A stretch of DNA of 64,000 nt. Origin: a virus. The notes beneath the pieces were generated by a model. It made no database searches. It had not been told where the DNA came from and was given only the letters and a program-made list of their open reading frames with translations. The DNA is taken from positions 65,576 to 129,575 of the IMG/VR virus record IMGVR_UViG_3300025534_000213; one strand, 5' to 3'. The position numbers and the translations under genes are program-made. Shown piece after piece: positions 19,579 through 28,818 of this stretch (the stretch's first letter is position 1; each line of letters begins with the position of its first letter).

Positions 19579-19626
19579 GCGATTTAACCAAACCACTTTC
19601 AGAAGTCCTTTCAGGAGTTGACTTTA

Positions 19627-20826
19627 ATGACGAAGCTTTTCGAGTCCCAGTGGCAGGCCACCAAGAAGGCCCTCTGCGAGGGTCGTGACCTGACCCACAA
19701 CTTCGACGGTTCTCCGAACCCCAACAAGAAGAAGATGATGGAGACCGTCCTTGAGAACACCCGCCGCGAGATGAAGCTGATGGAGGCTGCCACCGCTGGT
19801 GCGACCAACGCTGCCAACGTCGCGACGCTGAACAAGGTGATTCTCCCGGTCATCCGCCGCGTGATGCCGACCGTGATCGCCAACGAGATCATCGGCGTGC
19901 AGCCGATGACCGGCCCCGTCGCCCAGATTCACACTCTGCGCGTCCGCTACGCCGACACCTACGCTGGCGTGACCGCCGGTTCCGAGGCCCTGAGCCCGTT
20001 CGACATCGCCCGCGCCTACTCCGGCAACGGCAATGCCAACACCCCGAAGGCCGCCGCGACCTCCGCACTGGAAGGCGTCGCCGGTAACCGGATCAGCATC
20101 CAAATCCTCAAGGAAGTGGTCGAGGCCAAGACCCGCAAGCTGTCCGCTCGCTGGACCTTCGAGGCCGCTCAGGACGCGCAGGCGCAGCAGGGTATCGACA
20201 TCGAGGCCGAGATCATGGCTGCTCTGGCACAGGAGATCACCGCCGAGATCGATCAGGAGATTCTCGTCTCCCTGCGTGCTCTACCGGGCGCTCCGACCCT
20301 GACCTTCGACATGAACAACGTGACCGGCACCCCGACCTTCGTCGGCGATGTCCACGCTGCTCTGGCGATCCTGATCAACCGTCAGGCCAACCTGATCGCC
20401 GCCCGTACCCGCCGGGGCGCTGGTAACTGGTGCGTTGTTTCCCCGACCGCTCTGACCATTCTCCAGAGCGCGACGACTTCCGCGTTCGCCCGCACCACCG
20501 AGGGTGTGTTCGAGGCGCCCACGAACACCAAGTACGTCGGCACCCTGAACAACTCCATGCGCGTGTACGTTGACCAGTACGCGTCTGACCAGACCCCGGT
20601 GCTGGTGGGGTACAAGGGCAATGAGATGGACGCCGCTGCGTTCTACTGCCCGTACGTGCCGCTGACCTCCTCCGGCGTGCTGATCGACCCGAACACCATG
20701 GAGCCGGTCGTGTCCTTCATGACCCGCTATGGCTACGTCGAACTCACCAACAGCGCGTCCTCGCTGGGCAATGCGGCGGATTACTTGGGGCTCGTTGGTG
20801 TGGCTTCCAACGTGTCTTTCATGTAA
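19627..20826 (+). CDS. gp23: Major capsid protein (T4 gp23-like)
   Basis: VIRRVMPTVIANEIIGVQPMTGP, KTRKLSARWT, EITAEIDQEI, FYCPYVPL, FMTRYG. Confidence 0.97.
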   Translation: MTKLFESQWQATKKALCEGRDLTHNFDGSPNPNKKKMMETVLENTRREMKLMEAATAGATNAANVATLNKVILPVIRRVMPTVIANEIIGVQPMTGPVAQIHTLRVRYADTYAGVTAGSEALSPFDIARAYSGNGNANTPKAAATSALEGVAGNRISIQILKEVVEAKTRKLSARWTFEAAQDAQAQQGIDIEAEIMAALAQEITAEIDQEILVSLRALPGAPTLTFDMNNVTGTPTFVGDVHAALAILINRQANLIAARTRRGAGNWCVVSPTALTILQSATTSAFARTTEGVFEAPTNTKYVGTLNNSMRVYVDQYASDQTPVLVGYKGNEMDAAAFYCPYVPLTSSGVLIDPNTMEPVVSFMTRYGYVELTNSASSLGNAADYLGLVGVASNVSFM

Positions 20827-20840
20827 TCCACGAATACTGG

Positions 20841-20874
20841 AAAAGGGCGGATGCTTCGGCATCCGCCCTTTTTT
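20841..20874 (+). terminator. Rho-independent terminator after the capsid gene
   Basis: GGGCGGATGC-TTCG-GCATCCGCCC followed by T6. Confidence 0.9.
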
Positions 20875-20927
20875 GTTGCAATATCCGCACACGGTGTTAT
20901 ACAGCGTATCCGCGAAAGGATACCGCC

Positions 20928-21160
20928 ATGATGTTTCTCACCGAAGAAACACCTTTGGATTTTGTTAAACAGCGGTTTCCGAACAGCGACGTTGTATCGA
21001 ACAAATCTCTTTCGATTAGCGGGCGCCAGATGCGCCCAGACATTCTGGTCAAGGACCGAAATTTGGTCGTGGAGTTCGACGGGTATCGGCATTACCAAAA
21101 CACTTCAGTCATTCTGGCCGACATGGCAAAAGACACAGTACTCAGGAAAGCGGGATATAA
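20928..21160 (+). pseudogene. Truncated DUF559/Vsr-like (homing-type) endonuclease, low GC
   Basis: RPDILVKDRNLVVEFDGYRHY motif. The sequence after KAGYN is unrelated and runs in-frame into the next gene (the track ORF 20928-21272 is a fusion). Confidence 0.6.
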
Positions 21161-21176
21161 CCCGCCGCATTATCTG

Positions 21177-21428
21177 ATGACCGCCATTCCTCAAGGTACG
21201 ACGAAGCTCCGCCCCGACATTGAGGAATGGTGCCGGGACAGTTTGACGGAAGGGTTCGAGTACCGCATTTAGGAGCGCACGATCTCAACGATGCGCAAAT
21301 TCTGTGCGGCGCTCGGCCGCATTATCGAAGTGCCAGTCAGCACCGTCACGGTGCATCTCCTGCTCATCGCCTCCGATGCGGATGCAGTTCGCTTCCGCAT
21401 CGCTTGGCCGGACGCTCAGCCAGAATAG
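21177..21428 (+). pseudogene. EW...DAxxFxLxW family gene interrupted by an in-frame TAG (21270-21272)
   Basis: PDIEEWCRDSL...FEYRI*ERTIST...LIASDADAVRFRIAW, all in one frame. Confidence 0.65.
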
Positions 21429-21440
21429 CGGCCTCCCTCA

Positions 21441-21447
21441 ATAAATA
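21441..21447 (+). promoter_or_regulatory. Late promoter -10 element (ATAAATA)
   Basis: Upstream of 21499. Confidence 0.65.
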
Positions 21448-21498
21448 CGCGGAATCAGAATCGGGCGCGGCGCGCCCGCGCGTTTGGAGGCTATTCCG

Positions 21499-23253
21499 GT
21501 GTCGTTCAAGAAGTATCTCGCTGAAACCGAGCAGATGATGGCCGAAGCCGTTCCGCTCAGGAAGGCGCTGCCGTACCGTCGTGCGTGGGACCCGAACACC
21601 TATGCGAAGCTGTTCAAGTCGGTGCCGCCGGAGATGCGGGATCGCGGTGGCTTCCGAATTTACCTTCCCTATGAGGACGATGAGGACAATACGGTCTATG
21701 CGCCTTATGATATCTCCCAAGCCCTCGCGGACAAGGGGTATGAGGTGCAGGACTACGTGCAGGGCCTTGCCAAGGAGAAGGGCGGCAAGCGCGTGATGAA
21801 GATCGGCCGCCTGCTTGCCGACAAGCCGGACCTGCAAAAGCGTTTCATGAACGATTCGCGTCGGGCGGGGAAGAAAACCGGCGGCAAACTGGTGGTCATT
21901 TCCCGGCATCCCTACGACATCGCGGGCATGAGCTATGACCGTGGCTGGACCTCCTGCATGAATATCGGCGACGGCATCAACCGCCACTATGTAATGCATG
22001 ACGTAAAGGAAGGCACTCTGGTCGCCTACCTGATCCGCGACGATGACAAGAACATCCGGCACCCGATTTCCCGGCTTCTGATCAAGCCTTTCGTCAACAG
22101 GCTCGACCCCGATGACATCCTGTTGGCGACCGATGCTAAGCAGTACGGCACTCATGACAGCAGGTTTGCGGAGATCGTGGAGGAATGGCTCGCCAAGGTG
22201 AACGGGCCGGACAAGCGCGGGCTCTACTGTCTCAAGTCGAATCTTTACGACGATGGCAAGTCCATCGCCGTCGCAGGCAAGCTATGGGGTGGCTCGCCGG
22301 ACGAGGAAAACGAGATCATAGAGGAGTACCTCCGGAACTTGGATATCGAGCCGCCCTATCTCAAGTTCGTGGGCGATGAGATCATCCTCGATAAGTGGCG
22401 CGATCTTTCCCACTTCTGCAACGACGTGGGCGACTATACGCTGGATTACCTCATTGCGCTGGTGGATGACATCGACAGCGTCGGCAAGGATGGGCTTAGC
22501 GAGGAGGTGATCCGTCACGCTCTTGGCCTGCTTCCTGATGAATTGCTGCGCAAGCTTTGTGAGCGGTTTGACGTGCCCTTCGCGCCTGCCAAAAGCATTG
22601 GTTTCAACCGGATGCTGGCTGCCCTCTCGGCCAATCCGGAGGTCGCCAAGGAGATGATCGACGCGGTGGCGGGCGGTAGCGACCTCCGGGAAATGCTGCT
22701 GAACCGCATTGACCAGTATGTCGAGACCGGCTGGCGCTTCGAGATGAGTTCCTGCTACTTGGATGTTCCAAAGCACGGTGAGCATTATGCTATCGATGAG
22801 GAGGTAACCCTCCGCATTCGTCGTCGCGACATGATGGAGTATATCGAGAACCACATTGAGGACCCGAACGACGAGGGAGGCGGTGGCTACAATGATCTCT
22901 GGCGCCTGACTAGCCGCGATGCCTCATGGTCCAGTCTTGAGGATGGGTACAGCGACAGCGAATGGCGCGGGATATACTCCGACAATCCGCTGACCGACGA
23001 GAACGGGGACGATCTGGTGTTCGGTTCCAAGCGGAAGCCGAAGATCAACATTAGCGGTGGCGATGATGCCGTGCTTGTGGCGCGTGCCTATGAGGAGTTC
23101 CTGCGCAACGGCGGGCAGGGGCGCATCGAGCATCCGGACCAGACCGAGATGCCGTTCATGCGGAGCGGCGAGATGGATCGGGACGACGATGCTCGCTTCG
23201 AATCCTTCAATCCAATGCGGCGTTTCATCAACGCGGTGACTGGGCGGCTCTGA
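21499..23253 (+). CDS. Large putative virion (internal head) protein
   Basis: GGAGG RBS, late promoter, KKYLAE-type N-terminus, ISRHPYDIAGMS..RGWTSCMN motif. Confidence 0.75.
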   Translation: MSFKKYLAETEQMMAEAVPLRKALPYRRAWDPNTYAKLFKSVPPEMRDRGGFRIYLPYEDDEDNTVYAPYDISQALADKGYEVQDYVQGLAKEKGGKRVMKIGRLLADKPDLQKRFMNDSRRAGKKTGGKLVVISRHPYDIAGMSYDRGWTSCMNIGDGINRHYVMHDVKEGTLVAYLIRDDDKNIRHPISRLLIKPFVNRLDPDDILLATDAKQYGTHDSRFAEIVEEWLAKVNGPDKRGLYCLKSNLYDDGKSIAVAGKLWGGSPDEENEIIEEYLRNLDIEPPYLKFVGDEIILDKWRDLSHFCNDVGDYTLDYLIALVDDIDSVGKDGLSEEVIRHALGLLPDELLRKLCERFDVPFAPAKSIGFNRMLAALSANPEVAKEMIDAVAGGSDLREMLLNRIDQYVETGWRFEMSSCYLDVPKHGEHYAIDEEVTLRIRRRDMMEYIENHIEDPNDEGGGGYNDLWRLTSRDASWSSLEDGYSDSEWRGIYSDNPLTDENGDDLVFGSKRKPKINISGGDDAVLVARAYEEFLRNGGQGRIEHPDQTEMPFMRSGEMDRDDDARFESFNPMRRFINAVTGRL

Positions 23254-24125
23254 TGCGTCTGGACGAGCTTGTCGGCATCAAGAAGTACCGCAGTCGCTCC
23301 GTCCACGATGTGTTGGCGGATTTCCAGCGTGTGGGCGGGCAGGTCCTTGGTGTCGGCAAGTACGGACAGGTCATCTGGCATCCGCGCTGGAACTATGTGT
23401 TCAAGACCTTTCCGAAGGACGATCAATACCTGCGCTTCATCCGCTTTGCCAAGCGGCATCAGGAGGTGGTGGCGTTCCCACGCGTGCTGGGTGGTCCGTG
23501 GAAGATCGTGCCGTTCTATCGCCGTCCGCTGGACGACCCCTATCTCTACGTTGTGAAGCTGGAACGCCTGTATCCGATCCGCGATCCTGACCTGCGCAGG
23601 AACGTCGCCGCGCTGGTCGGCGACACCTACCGCTATATCGACCAAGATCAGTCGCCGAGGGCGGATGCGGAAGTTGCTGCCTATCGGGCTGCAAAAAGGG
23701 AGTATGAAACCGCCACGGACCGTGCCGCGAAGCGGGCGGCATCCGAGAAGATGGACAAGTCCGGTGGCGAGTACCTATCTAAGGCTCGGGTGATCTGGGA
23801 GCGGTATCCCGGTATCAAGGAACTGGCTGCCGCCTACAACATGGTGATGAAGGCGGGGCTGGATGGGGCGGAGGACCTGCACAACGAGAATTTCATGCAG
23901 CGCGAGGACGGCACCCTCGTGCTGATCGACCCGCTCTGGGAGGGCGAGAGCTTCTGGCAGATGCATAACCGGGTGATGCAGGCCGAGCTTCCGCCAGTGG
24001 ATGACGAGCCCGAGGAACCGAACGAGTACAATTCGCTGATGGGCGGCAGGCTCCGTCCCCGGAAGCGCCCCAAGCCCCGGCGGGCACCCCTCCCGCCGTT
24101 GGACGACGCGGATATCCCATTCTGA
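23253..24125 (+). CDS. Protein-kinase-like (APH/RIO-type) protein, probably virion-associated
   Basis: Gly-rich loop LGVGKYGQV, VFK lysine, catalytic loop DLHNEN, LIDP; MRLDEL N-terminus. Confidence 0.75.
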   Translation: MRLDELVGIKKYRSRSVHDVLADFQRVGGQVLGVGKYGQVIWHPRWNYVFKTFPKDDQYLRFIRFAKRHQEVVAFPRVLGGPWKIVPFYRRPLDDPYLYVVKLERLYPIRDPDLRRNVAALVGDTYRYIDQDQSPRADAEVAAYRAAKREYETATDRAAKRAASEKMDKSGGEYLSKARVIWERYPGIKELAAAYNMVMKAGLDGAEDLHNENFMQREDGTLVLIDPLWEGESFWQMHNRVMQAELPPVDDEPEEPNEYNSLMGGRLRPRKRPKPRRAPLPPLDDADIPF

Positions 24126-24185
24126 CTTGACAAATTCGGTTCTATGACCGAAAAAGCGCCGTTCCTTTCAGAAGGCGCTTGCTTG

Positions 24186-25337
24186 ATGCTGGACTGCGTG
24201 CTCACTCCCGACCTGCTCGCCCTCCGGGTGGCCTTCCAGCGGCATGGGTTCGATATCCGGCTGGTGGGTGGGGTGGTGCGCGACCTGCTGGATGGGCGGA
24301 CGCCCAAGGACATTGACCTCTGCACCGATGCCACGCCGGAGGAGCAGCGGGCGGTCTACGAGGCGGAGGGGATCAACCACTACGACACCGGTCTCAGCCA
24401 CGGGACGTGGACGGTGACCCTCAACCATATGCCCTACGAGATCACCAGCCTCCGGGTGGAGCGGGATCACGACGGGCGCTGGGCCACGGTTTCCTTCACC
24501 CGCGACTGGGAGGCGGACCTCGGGCGGCGGGATTTGACCATCAACGCCATGGCACTGACCTTTGACGGGGTGTTTGTGGACCCGTTCAACGGGGCCGAGG
24601 ACCTGCGCAACCGGGTGGTGCGGTTTGTCGGGGAGCCGGATGCGCGGATGCAGGAGGACTATCTCCGTATTCTCCGCTGGGTACGGTTCCATGCCCGGAT
24701 CGCCGGGGATCGGGAACCGGATGCCGAGACGGTTGCGGCGGCGAGGCGCAATGCCTCGGGGCTCCGCCGCATTTCCCGTGAGCGGGTATGGAGCGAGGTC
24801 CGCCGGATCATCGCTGGGCCGCATGGTCCCGAGATGATGGCGCTGATGGAGCGGGTCGGGATTGCCGAGCATATCGACCTGCCGATCCGCCGCGACATGG
24901 CGCCCGTGGCTCTTGCGTACCGGGGGACCCGCGATCCGGTCAGCCTCATGGCCGCCCATCTCGGCTCCGTGGGGGCGGTGGCGGAGATGGCGATGCTCTG
25001 GAAGTGGAGCAACGTCGAGCGGGACCTTGGCCTTGCGGTGGCGCGCCATGCGGGGCAGGGGCTCACGCTGGCTGATGCCAAGGCCATGGTAGCGGTGAAC
25101 GGGATGCCGAAGAAGTGGCTGGTGGAGGTGTTCCGCGTCGAGGGGAGGGTGGACCTCGCCGAGGCACTGGACCTTTGGGCGGTGCCGAACTTCCCGGTGA
25201 CGGGGGATGACCTCATCGCCGCCGGGATGCGGCCGGGGCCGGTGATGGGGAAGGTGCTGGCCGGGCTCCGGAAGGTCTGGGCGGCCAGCGACTTCACGGC
25301 GGGCAGGGAGGTGCTTCTGGCGCAGGTGACGGTATGA
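24186..25337 (+). CDS. cca: CCA-adding enzyme / tRNA nucleotidyltransferase (class II)
   Basis: VGGVVRDLL..PKDIDL, DLGRRDLTINAMA, EDYLRILR, ISRERVWSE. Confidence 0.93.
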   Translation: MLDCVLTPDLLALRVAFQRHGFDIRLVGGVVRDLLDGRTPKDIDLCTDATPEEQRAVYEAEGINHYDTGLSHGTWTVTLNHMPYEITSLRVERDHDGRWATVSFTRDWEADLGRRDLTINAMALTFDGVFVDPFNGAEDLRNRVVRFVGEPDARMQEDYLRILRWVRFHARIAGDREPDAETVAAARRNASGLRRISRERVWSEVRRIIAGPHGPEMMALMERVGIAEHIDLPIRRDMAPVALAYRGTRDPVSLMAAHLGSVGAVAEMAMLWKWSNVERDLGLAVARHAGQGLTLADAKAMVAVNGMPKKWLVEVFRVEGRVDLAEALDLWAVPNFPVTGDDLIAAGMRPGPVMGKVLAGLRKVWAASDFTAGREVLLAQVTV

Positions 25338-25747
25338 GCAAATGGCGCTTCTATATCGGAAACCAGCGGCGAGAAAGTCGGATCATGAGCGATCAAGACC
25401 CCCAAAACTTCTCGCTCTTGCGCGTCGAGGGCATCAACACGGAGGTCTTGGCCTCCCTGATGGCTGCCTTCGACAGCACGAACGAGGAAGTCAAGGCCGC
25501 GCTCGACCAGATCGTGGTGCTGATGAGGATGACGGACCCGGCCGCCTGCCACGTCAAGCGGGCGCTCTTGGAGGCGGGCCGGGAGACCTTCGCGGAGCAG
25601 GCACGCGCCTTGCAGGAGCTTTATCGCTATGCCCGCCACCGCATCGCGGAGGACGGTGGCGACCTGCGGGGCATCACCGAGCACATGACGATGCAGGACC
25701 TCCGCAATCTCCTCGACCTGATCCGGCAGCCCCAGCAGGCCGGTTAA
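25334..25747 (+). CDS. Hypothetical helical protein
   Basis: ATGA overlap with cca. Confidence 0.7.
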   Translation: MSKWRFYIGNQRRESRIMSDQDPQNFSLLRVEGINTEVLASLMAAFDSTNEEVKAALDQIVVLMRMTDPAACHVKRALLEAGRETFAEQARALQELYRYARHRIAEDGGDLRGITEHMTMQDLRNLLDLIRQPQQAG

Positions 25748-25757
25748 AACACCGCAG

Positions 25758-25764
25758 ATAAATA
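25758..25764 (+). promoter_or_regulatory. Late promoter -10 element (ATAAATA)
   Basis: Upstream of the HNH nuclease gene. Confidence 0.55.
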
Positions 25765-25794
25765 GCCTCAGGAAGTCATTCTTGAGGCTATTTT

Positions 25795-26604
25795 GTGCCA
25801 AGCGTACCGCTGACGCGGGAGGGCGATCTCGACCCGGCCTTCGTCGCACTTTGCAAATCCGTTACCGCCAAGCGTGCCCGTACCGTCATCGACCACATTC
25901 TCGAACACGGCATCGTCACCAACGAGGAACTCCGCGAGCTTTACGGCTATGAGCAGCCACCTCGCGCTGCCCGCGATGTCCGGGAACAGGGCATCCCTCT
26001 CAACACCCACAAGGTGCCTTCCAAGGCCACAGGGCGCCTGATCGGGGCCTATACGCTGGGTGATCCCAGCAAGGTCAAGCACGGTCGCATTGGTGGGCGC
26101 CGTGCCCTGCCGAAGCATTTCAAGGAGGAGCTTGTCGCTCGCTATGGCGCGCGGGACTGCGTCACGGGCGAGGCGCTCGATCCGTTCTACCTGCAAGTCG
26201 ATCACCGCATTCCCTACGAGATCGCGGGGGATAGCGTGGGGGCGCCGGACCCGGCTGATTTCATGCTTCTCGACGCTTCATCGCAGAGGACCAAGAGCAC
26301 GGCGTGCGAGCAATGTCCGAACTGGTCGGGGGCCGGTGACCCGGAGACCTGTCGGGGCTGCTATTGGGCGTTTCCTGAGGACTATACCCATGTTGCGACC
26401 GAGCCGGTGCGCCGGGTCGTGCTGGTATGGCGCGGCGACGATGTGGCTGAGTATGACCGCTTGGCCCGCGAGGCGGCGGCCAAGGGCGTTACCGTGGCCG
26501 AGCGGATCAAGGCAGCCCTGACCCCCAAGCCGGAGGCGGTGGTGCGGCGCGCAGGTGGACTTGGTGCGATGATCATGGCGCTCATTGGCAGGTTCACGGG
26601 CTGA
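25795..26604 (+). CDS. HNH nuclease resembling type II restriction endonucleases
   Basis: LQVDHRIPYE, C..C..W and C..CYW zinc motifs, PRAARDVRE helix. Confidence 0.75.
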   Translation: MPSVPLTREGDLDPAFVALCKSVTAKRARTVIDHILEHGIVTNEELRELYGYEQPPRAARDVREQGIPLNTHKVPSKATGRLIGAYTLGDPSKVKHGRIGGRRALPKHFKEELVARYGARDCVTGEALDPFYLQVDHRIPYEIAGDSVGAPDPADFMLLDASSQRTKSTACEQCPNWSGAGDPETCRGCYWAFPEDYTHVATEPVRRVVLVWRGDDVAEYDRLAREAAAKGVTVAERIKAALTPKPEAVVRRAGGLGAMIMALIGRFTG

Positions 26605-26642
26605 CCGGTTTTGAACCACCGCAAGTAGGTGCAACGGAGTTA

Positions 26643-26672
26643 TTGACGTTCGGCGCCGGTTTCATCTATGGT
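26643..26672 (+). promoter_or_regulatory. Sigma70-type promoter of tRNA-Asp
   Basis: TTGACG-18 nt-TATGGT. Confidence 0.55.
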
Positions 26673-26683
26673 GGCGTTATCGC

Positions 26684-26760
26684 GGGGGTGTAGCTTAGCA
26701 GGTGAAAGCGCCTGCCTGTCACGCAGGAGATCGCGGGTTCGAGCCCCGTCACTCCCGCCA
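26684..26760 (+). tRNA. tRNA-Asp(GTC)
   Basis: Full cloverleaf, G73, encoded CCA. Confidence 0.95.
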
Positions 26761-26765
26761 TTCCA

Positions 26766-26984
26766 GTGCATCCAATGTCACCGGATCGGCATTCCAAGAG
26801 CTTCCTCCGGGAGCAAGGCTATGATTTCAGCCCGATATTCGATGTGGTCCTGATCACCGGGGACGATGGTCCTTTCAGGATCGTCTACCTGCTGCACCCC
26901 ACCAAGACCGAGGCCGCCTTCCTGAGCCTGATGCTGGAACGGTGGTGCCCCAAAGGTTCCGTTGTCACCATCAGACCCATTTGA
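26766..26984 (+). CDS. Small hypothetical protein with weak family motif
   Basis: TEAAFLSLMLERW. Confidence 0.55.
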   Translation: MHPMSPDRHSKSFLREQGYDFSPIFDVVLITGDDGPFRIVYLLHPTKTEAAFLSLMLERWCPKGSVVTIRPI

Positions 26985-27144
26985 GAAAGGGATTTGCAAA
27001 GCCTAATATGCCAATACGTTGGCTGTCTGCGCTCCCGACCAAAAAAACCGGTTGACCGAAATTAAAAACAAGATTATTTGTCCTGACACCGAGCCGGAAT
27101 GACCCGGACCGGCAAAAAGTGATACTCGGAAGGGACAAAAAGAC

Positions 27145-27813
27145 ATGGTGATTTTCGGCCTCCGGCCCACCCAGCGCGCGGTCATCCTGATCGATGGTCC
27201 GAGCTTCTATGCCACCGCGAAGGCGCTGGGTTTCGAGGCGGACTTCCGGACGCTTCGAAACGAGGTCGAGGAGGCATGTGACCTGCGTAGCATCCAGTAT
27301 TTCACGGCACTCTCAAACGATCCGGACGCCCATTCTCCTGTGCGCCCGCTAGTGGACTGGCTGGGCTTCAACGGCTACCGGGTGATCACCAAGACCCTGC
27401 GCGAGTTCACGGACAGCACCGGGCGACGCCGGGTGAAGGGCAACATAGCCGTCGAGATCGCGACGGAGATGGTCGAGGCTGCCGGGAATGTGGACCATAT
27501 CGTCCTGATCAGCGGCGACGGCGATCTCGCCTATGCGGTCGAGGCAGCGCAACGCAAGGGCGCCAAGGTCACCGTGGTATCCTCGCTGGTAGCGGGTTCC
27601 GTCTCCGATGATCTGCGCCGGGTGGCCGACCGCTTCATCGAGCTTGACGATGTGAAGCATGAGATCATGCGCCGCGAGATCGCTCCGGCGCCGCAGGGCG
27701 AGGCGGCGGTGGGCGAGCGCCGTCCGGCGATGGCGGTGGTCGTGGAGCATCGCCCGCTGGGGCGCAGTGGCGCCGTCCCGGCCGAGCGCCGAACGTTGAA
27801 CCTCTCCCGATGA
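27145..27813 (+). CDS. NYN (LabA/DUF88) domain protein with altered active-site residues
   Basis: ILIDG, PLVDWLGFNGY, EFTDSTGRRRVKGN, SGDGD, LRRVADRFI. Confidence 0.88.
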   Translation: MVIFGLRPTQRAVILIDGPSFYATAKALGFEADFRTLRNEVEEACDLRSIQYFTALSNDPDAHSPVRPLVDWLGFNGYRVITKTLREFTDSTGRRRVKGNIAVEIATEMVEAAGNVDHIVLISGDGDLAYAVEAAQRKGAKVTVVSSLVAGSVSDDLRRVADRFIELDDVKHEIMRREIAPAPQGEAAVGERRPAMAVVVEHRPLGRSGAVPAERRTLNLSR

Positions 27814-27836
27814 TGCAGATACCTGTGACGGAGTAC

Positions 27837-27872
27837 GAGGCCCGGATGGAAAATCCGGGCCTCTTTCTTTTT
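27837..27872 (+). terminator. Rho-independent terminator
   Basis: 11-bp stem GAGGCCCGGAT/ATCCGGGCCTC plus T-rich tail. Confidence 0.85.
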
Positions 27873-27879
27873 GCACTTC

Positions 27880-27886
27880 CTAAATA
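27880..27886 (+). promoter_or_regulatory. Late promoter -10 element upstream of tRNA-Ile
   Basis: CTAAATA. Confidence 0.6.
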
Positions 27887-27922
27887 GGTCAGAACCGATT
27901 ATAGTCGGTGTTCTCCGGCGGC

Positions 27923-27998
27923 GGGCGCGTAGCTCAGATGGGAGAGCAACCGCTTGATAAGCGGTAGGTCGTTGGTTCGATCCCAGCCGCGCCCACCA
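27923..27998 (+). tRNA. tRNA-Ile(GAT)
   Basis: Full cloverleaf, A73, encoded CCA. Confidence 0.95.
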
Positions 27999-28052
27999 TT
28001 ACTCGCACGACACGAGCATAAAAGCCCCGGTGCAAACCTCCGGTTGTGCCAT

Positions 28053-28059
28053 CTAAATA
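28053..28059 (+). promoter_or_regulatory. Late promoter -10 element (CTAAATA)
   Basis: Upstream of 28086. Confidence 0.65.
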
Positions 28060-28085
28060 CGGCCTCTCGAACAATGGAGGCCACA

Positions 28086-28421
28086 ATGGCTGATCTGTAT
28101 TGGGTGCAGCCCGCCACGAACACGGCGCGCCTTGCCACTCCGACGCACAATGTCGATGTTGTCGTGAACCACGACGTGTTCGGTCTGGACGCGTTCATGG
28201 TGCAGAAATACCTCGACGCATTGAACGCGGCATCCACCGAGGAGGAGACCGCTGCCGCTTGCGCCGAGATCAATGGCGATCCTGACATTCAGCCGACCGT
28301 CGTACCGATGGGCTGGGTCCGCGCCATCATCGAGAACCAGACGGCGAAGCTGTACGGCCAGAACCTCAAGCTGGTCCGCGCCGCCGCCCTGACGCTGCGC
28401 GGGGCTGGCCTCATCGTCTGA
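28086..28421 (+). CDS. Putative late/virion protein
   Basis: Own late promoter, GGAGG RBS and terminator; highly expressed codon style. Confidence 0.75.
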   Translation: MADLYWVQPATNTARLATPTHNVDVVVNHDVFGLDAFMVQKYLDALNAASTEEETAAACAEINGDPDIQPTVVPMGWVRAIIENQTAKLYGQNLKLVRAAALTLRGAGLIV

Positions 28422-28449
28422 TTCGATGGTGATGGGCCGGAGGTTCGAG

Positions 28450-28476
28450 GAAAGGGGCCGCAAGGCCCCTTTCTTC
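28450..28476 (+). terminator. Rho-independent terminator
   Basis: GAAAGGGGCC-GCAA-GGCCCCTTTC. Confidence 0.75.
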
Positions 28477-28564
28477 ATGCCCGGACCGGACGCTTGAAAT
28501 ATGGTTGACCGAACCGGTTTTCGATCAGCATAATGGGCACATTTGAAAGAGAGAGCCCATTTCG

Positions 28565-28780
28565 ATGAGCACCAACACCGATACGACTTGCCCCCGAGTG
28601 GGGCGGCTGTTCCGTGGCTGCCACTGGGAGCCACGCTATGACGTAGCGGAACCGGCCCTCTGTGGTGAAAAGCTGCCGCCCCTGATGTCAGGGGACGTGA
28701 GCCATCTGGTGCGTCGCACGACCTATGTCCGCGACGTTTGCCGGACCTGTGGCGTGACCAAGGAGCGCGCCAACGGCTGA
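28565..28780 (+). CDS. Small Cys-containing (zinc-ribbon-like) protein
   Basis: GCHW...CRTCG; sigma70-like TTGACC...CATAAT upstream. Confidence 0.65.
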   Translation: MSTNTDTTCPRVGRLFRGCHWEPRYDVAEPALCGEKLPPLMSGDVSHLVRRTTYVRDVCRTCGVTKERANG

Positions 28781-28818
28781 GAAGCGGTCCACCCTGCCGA
28801 ATGGCAGGGTGGCGTGTG

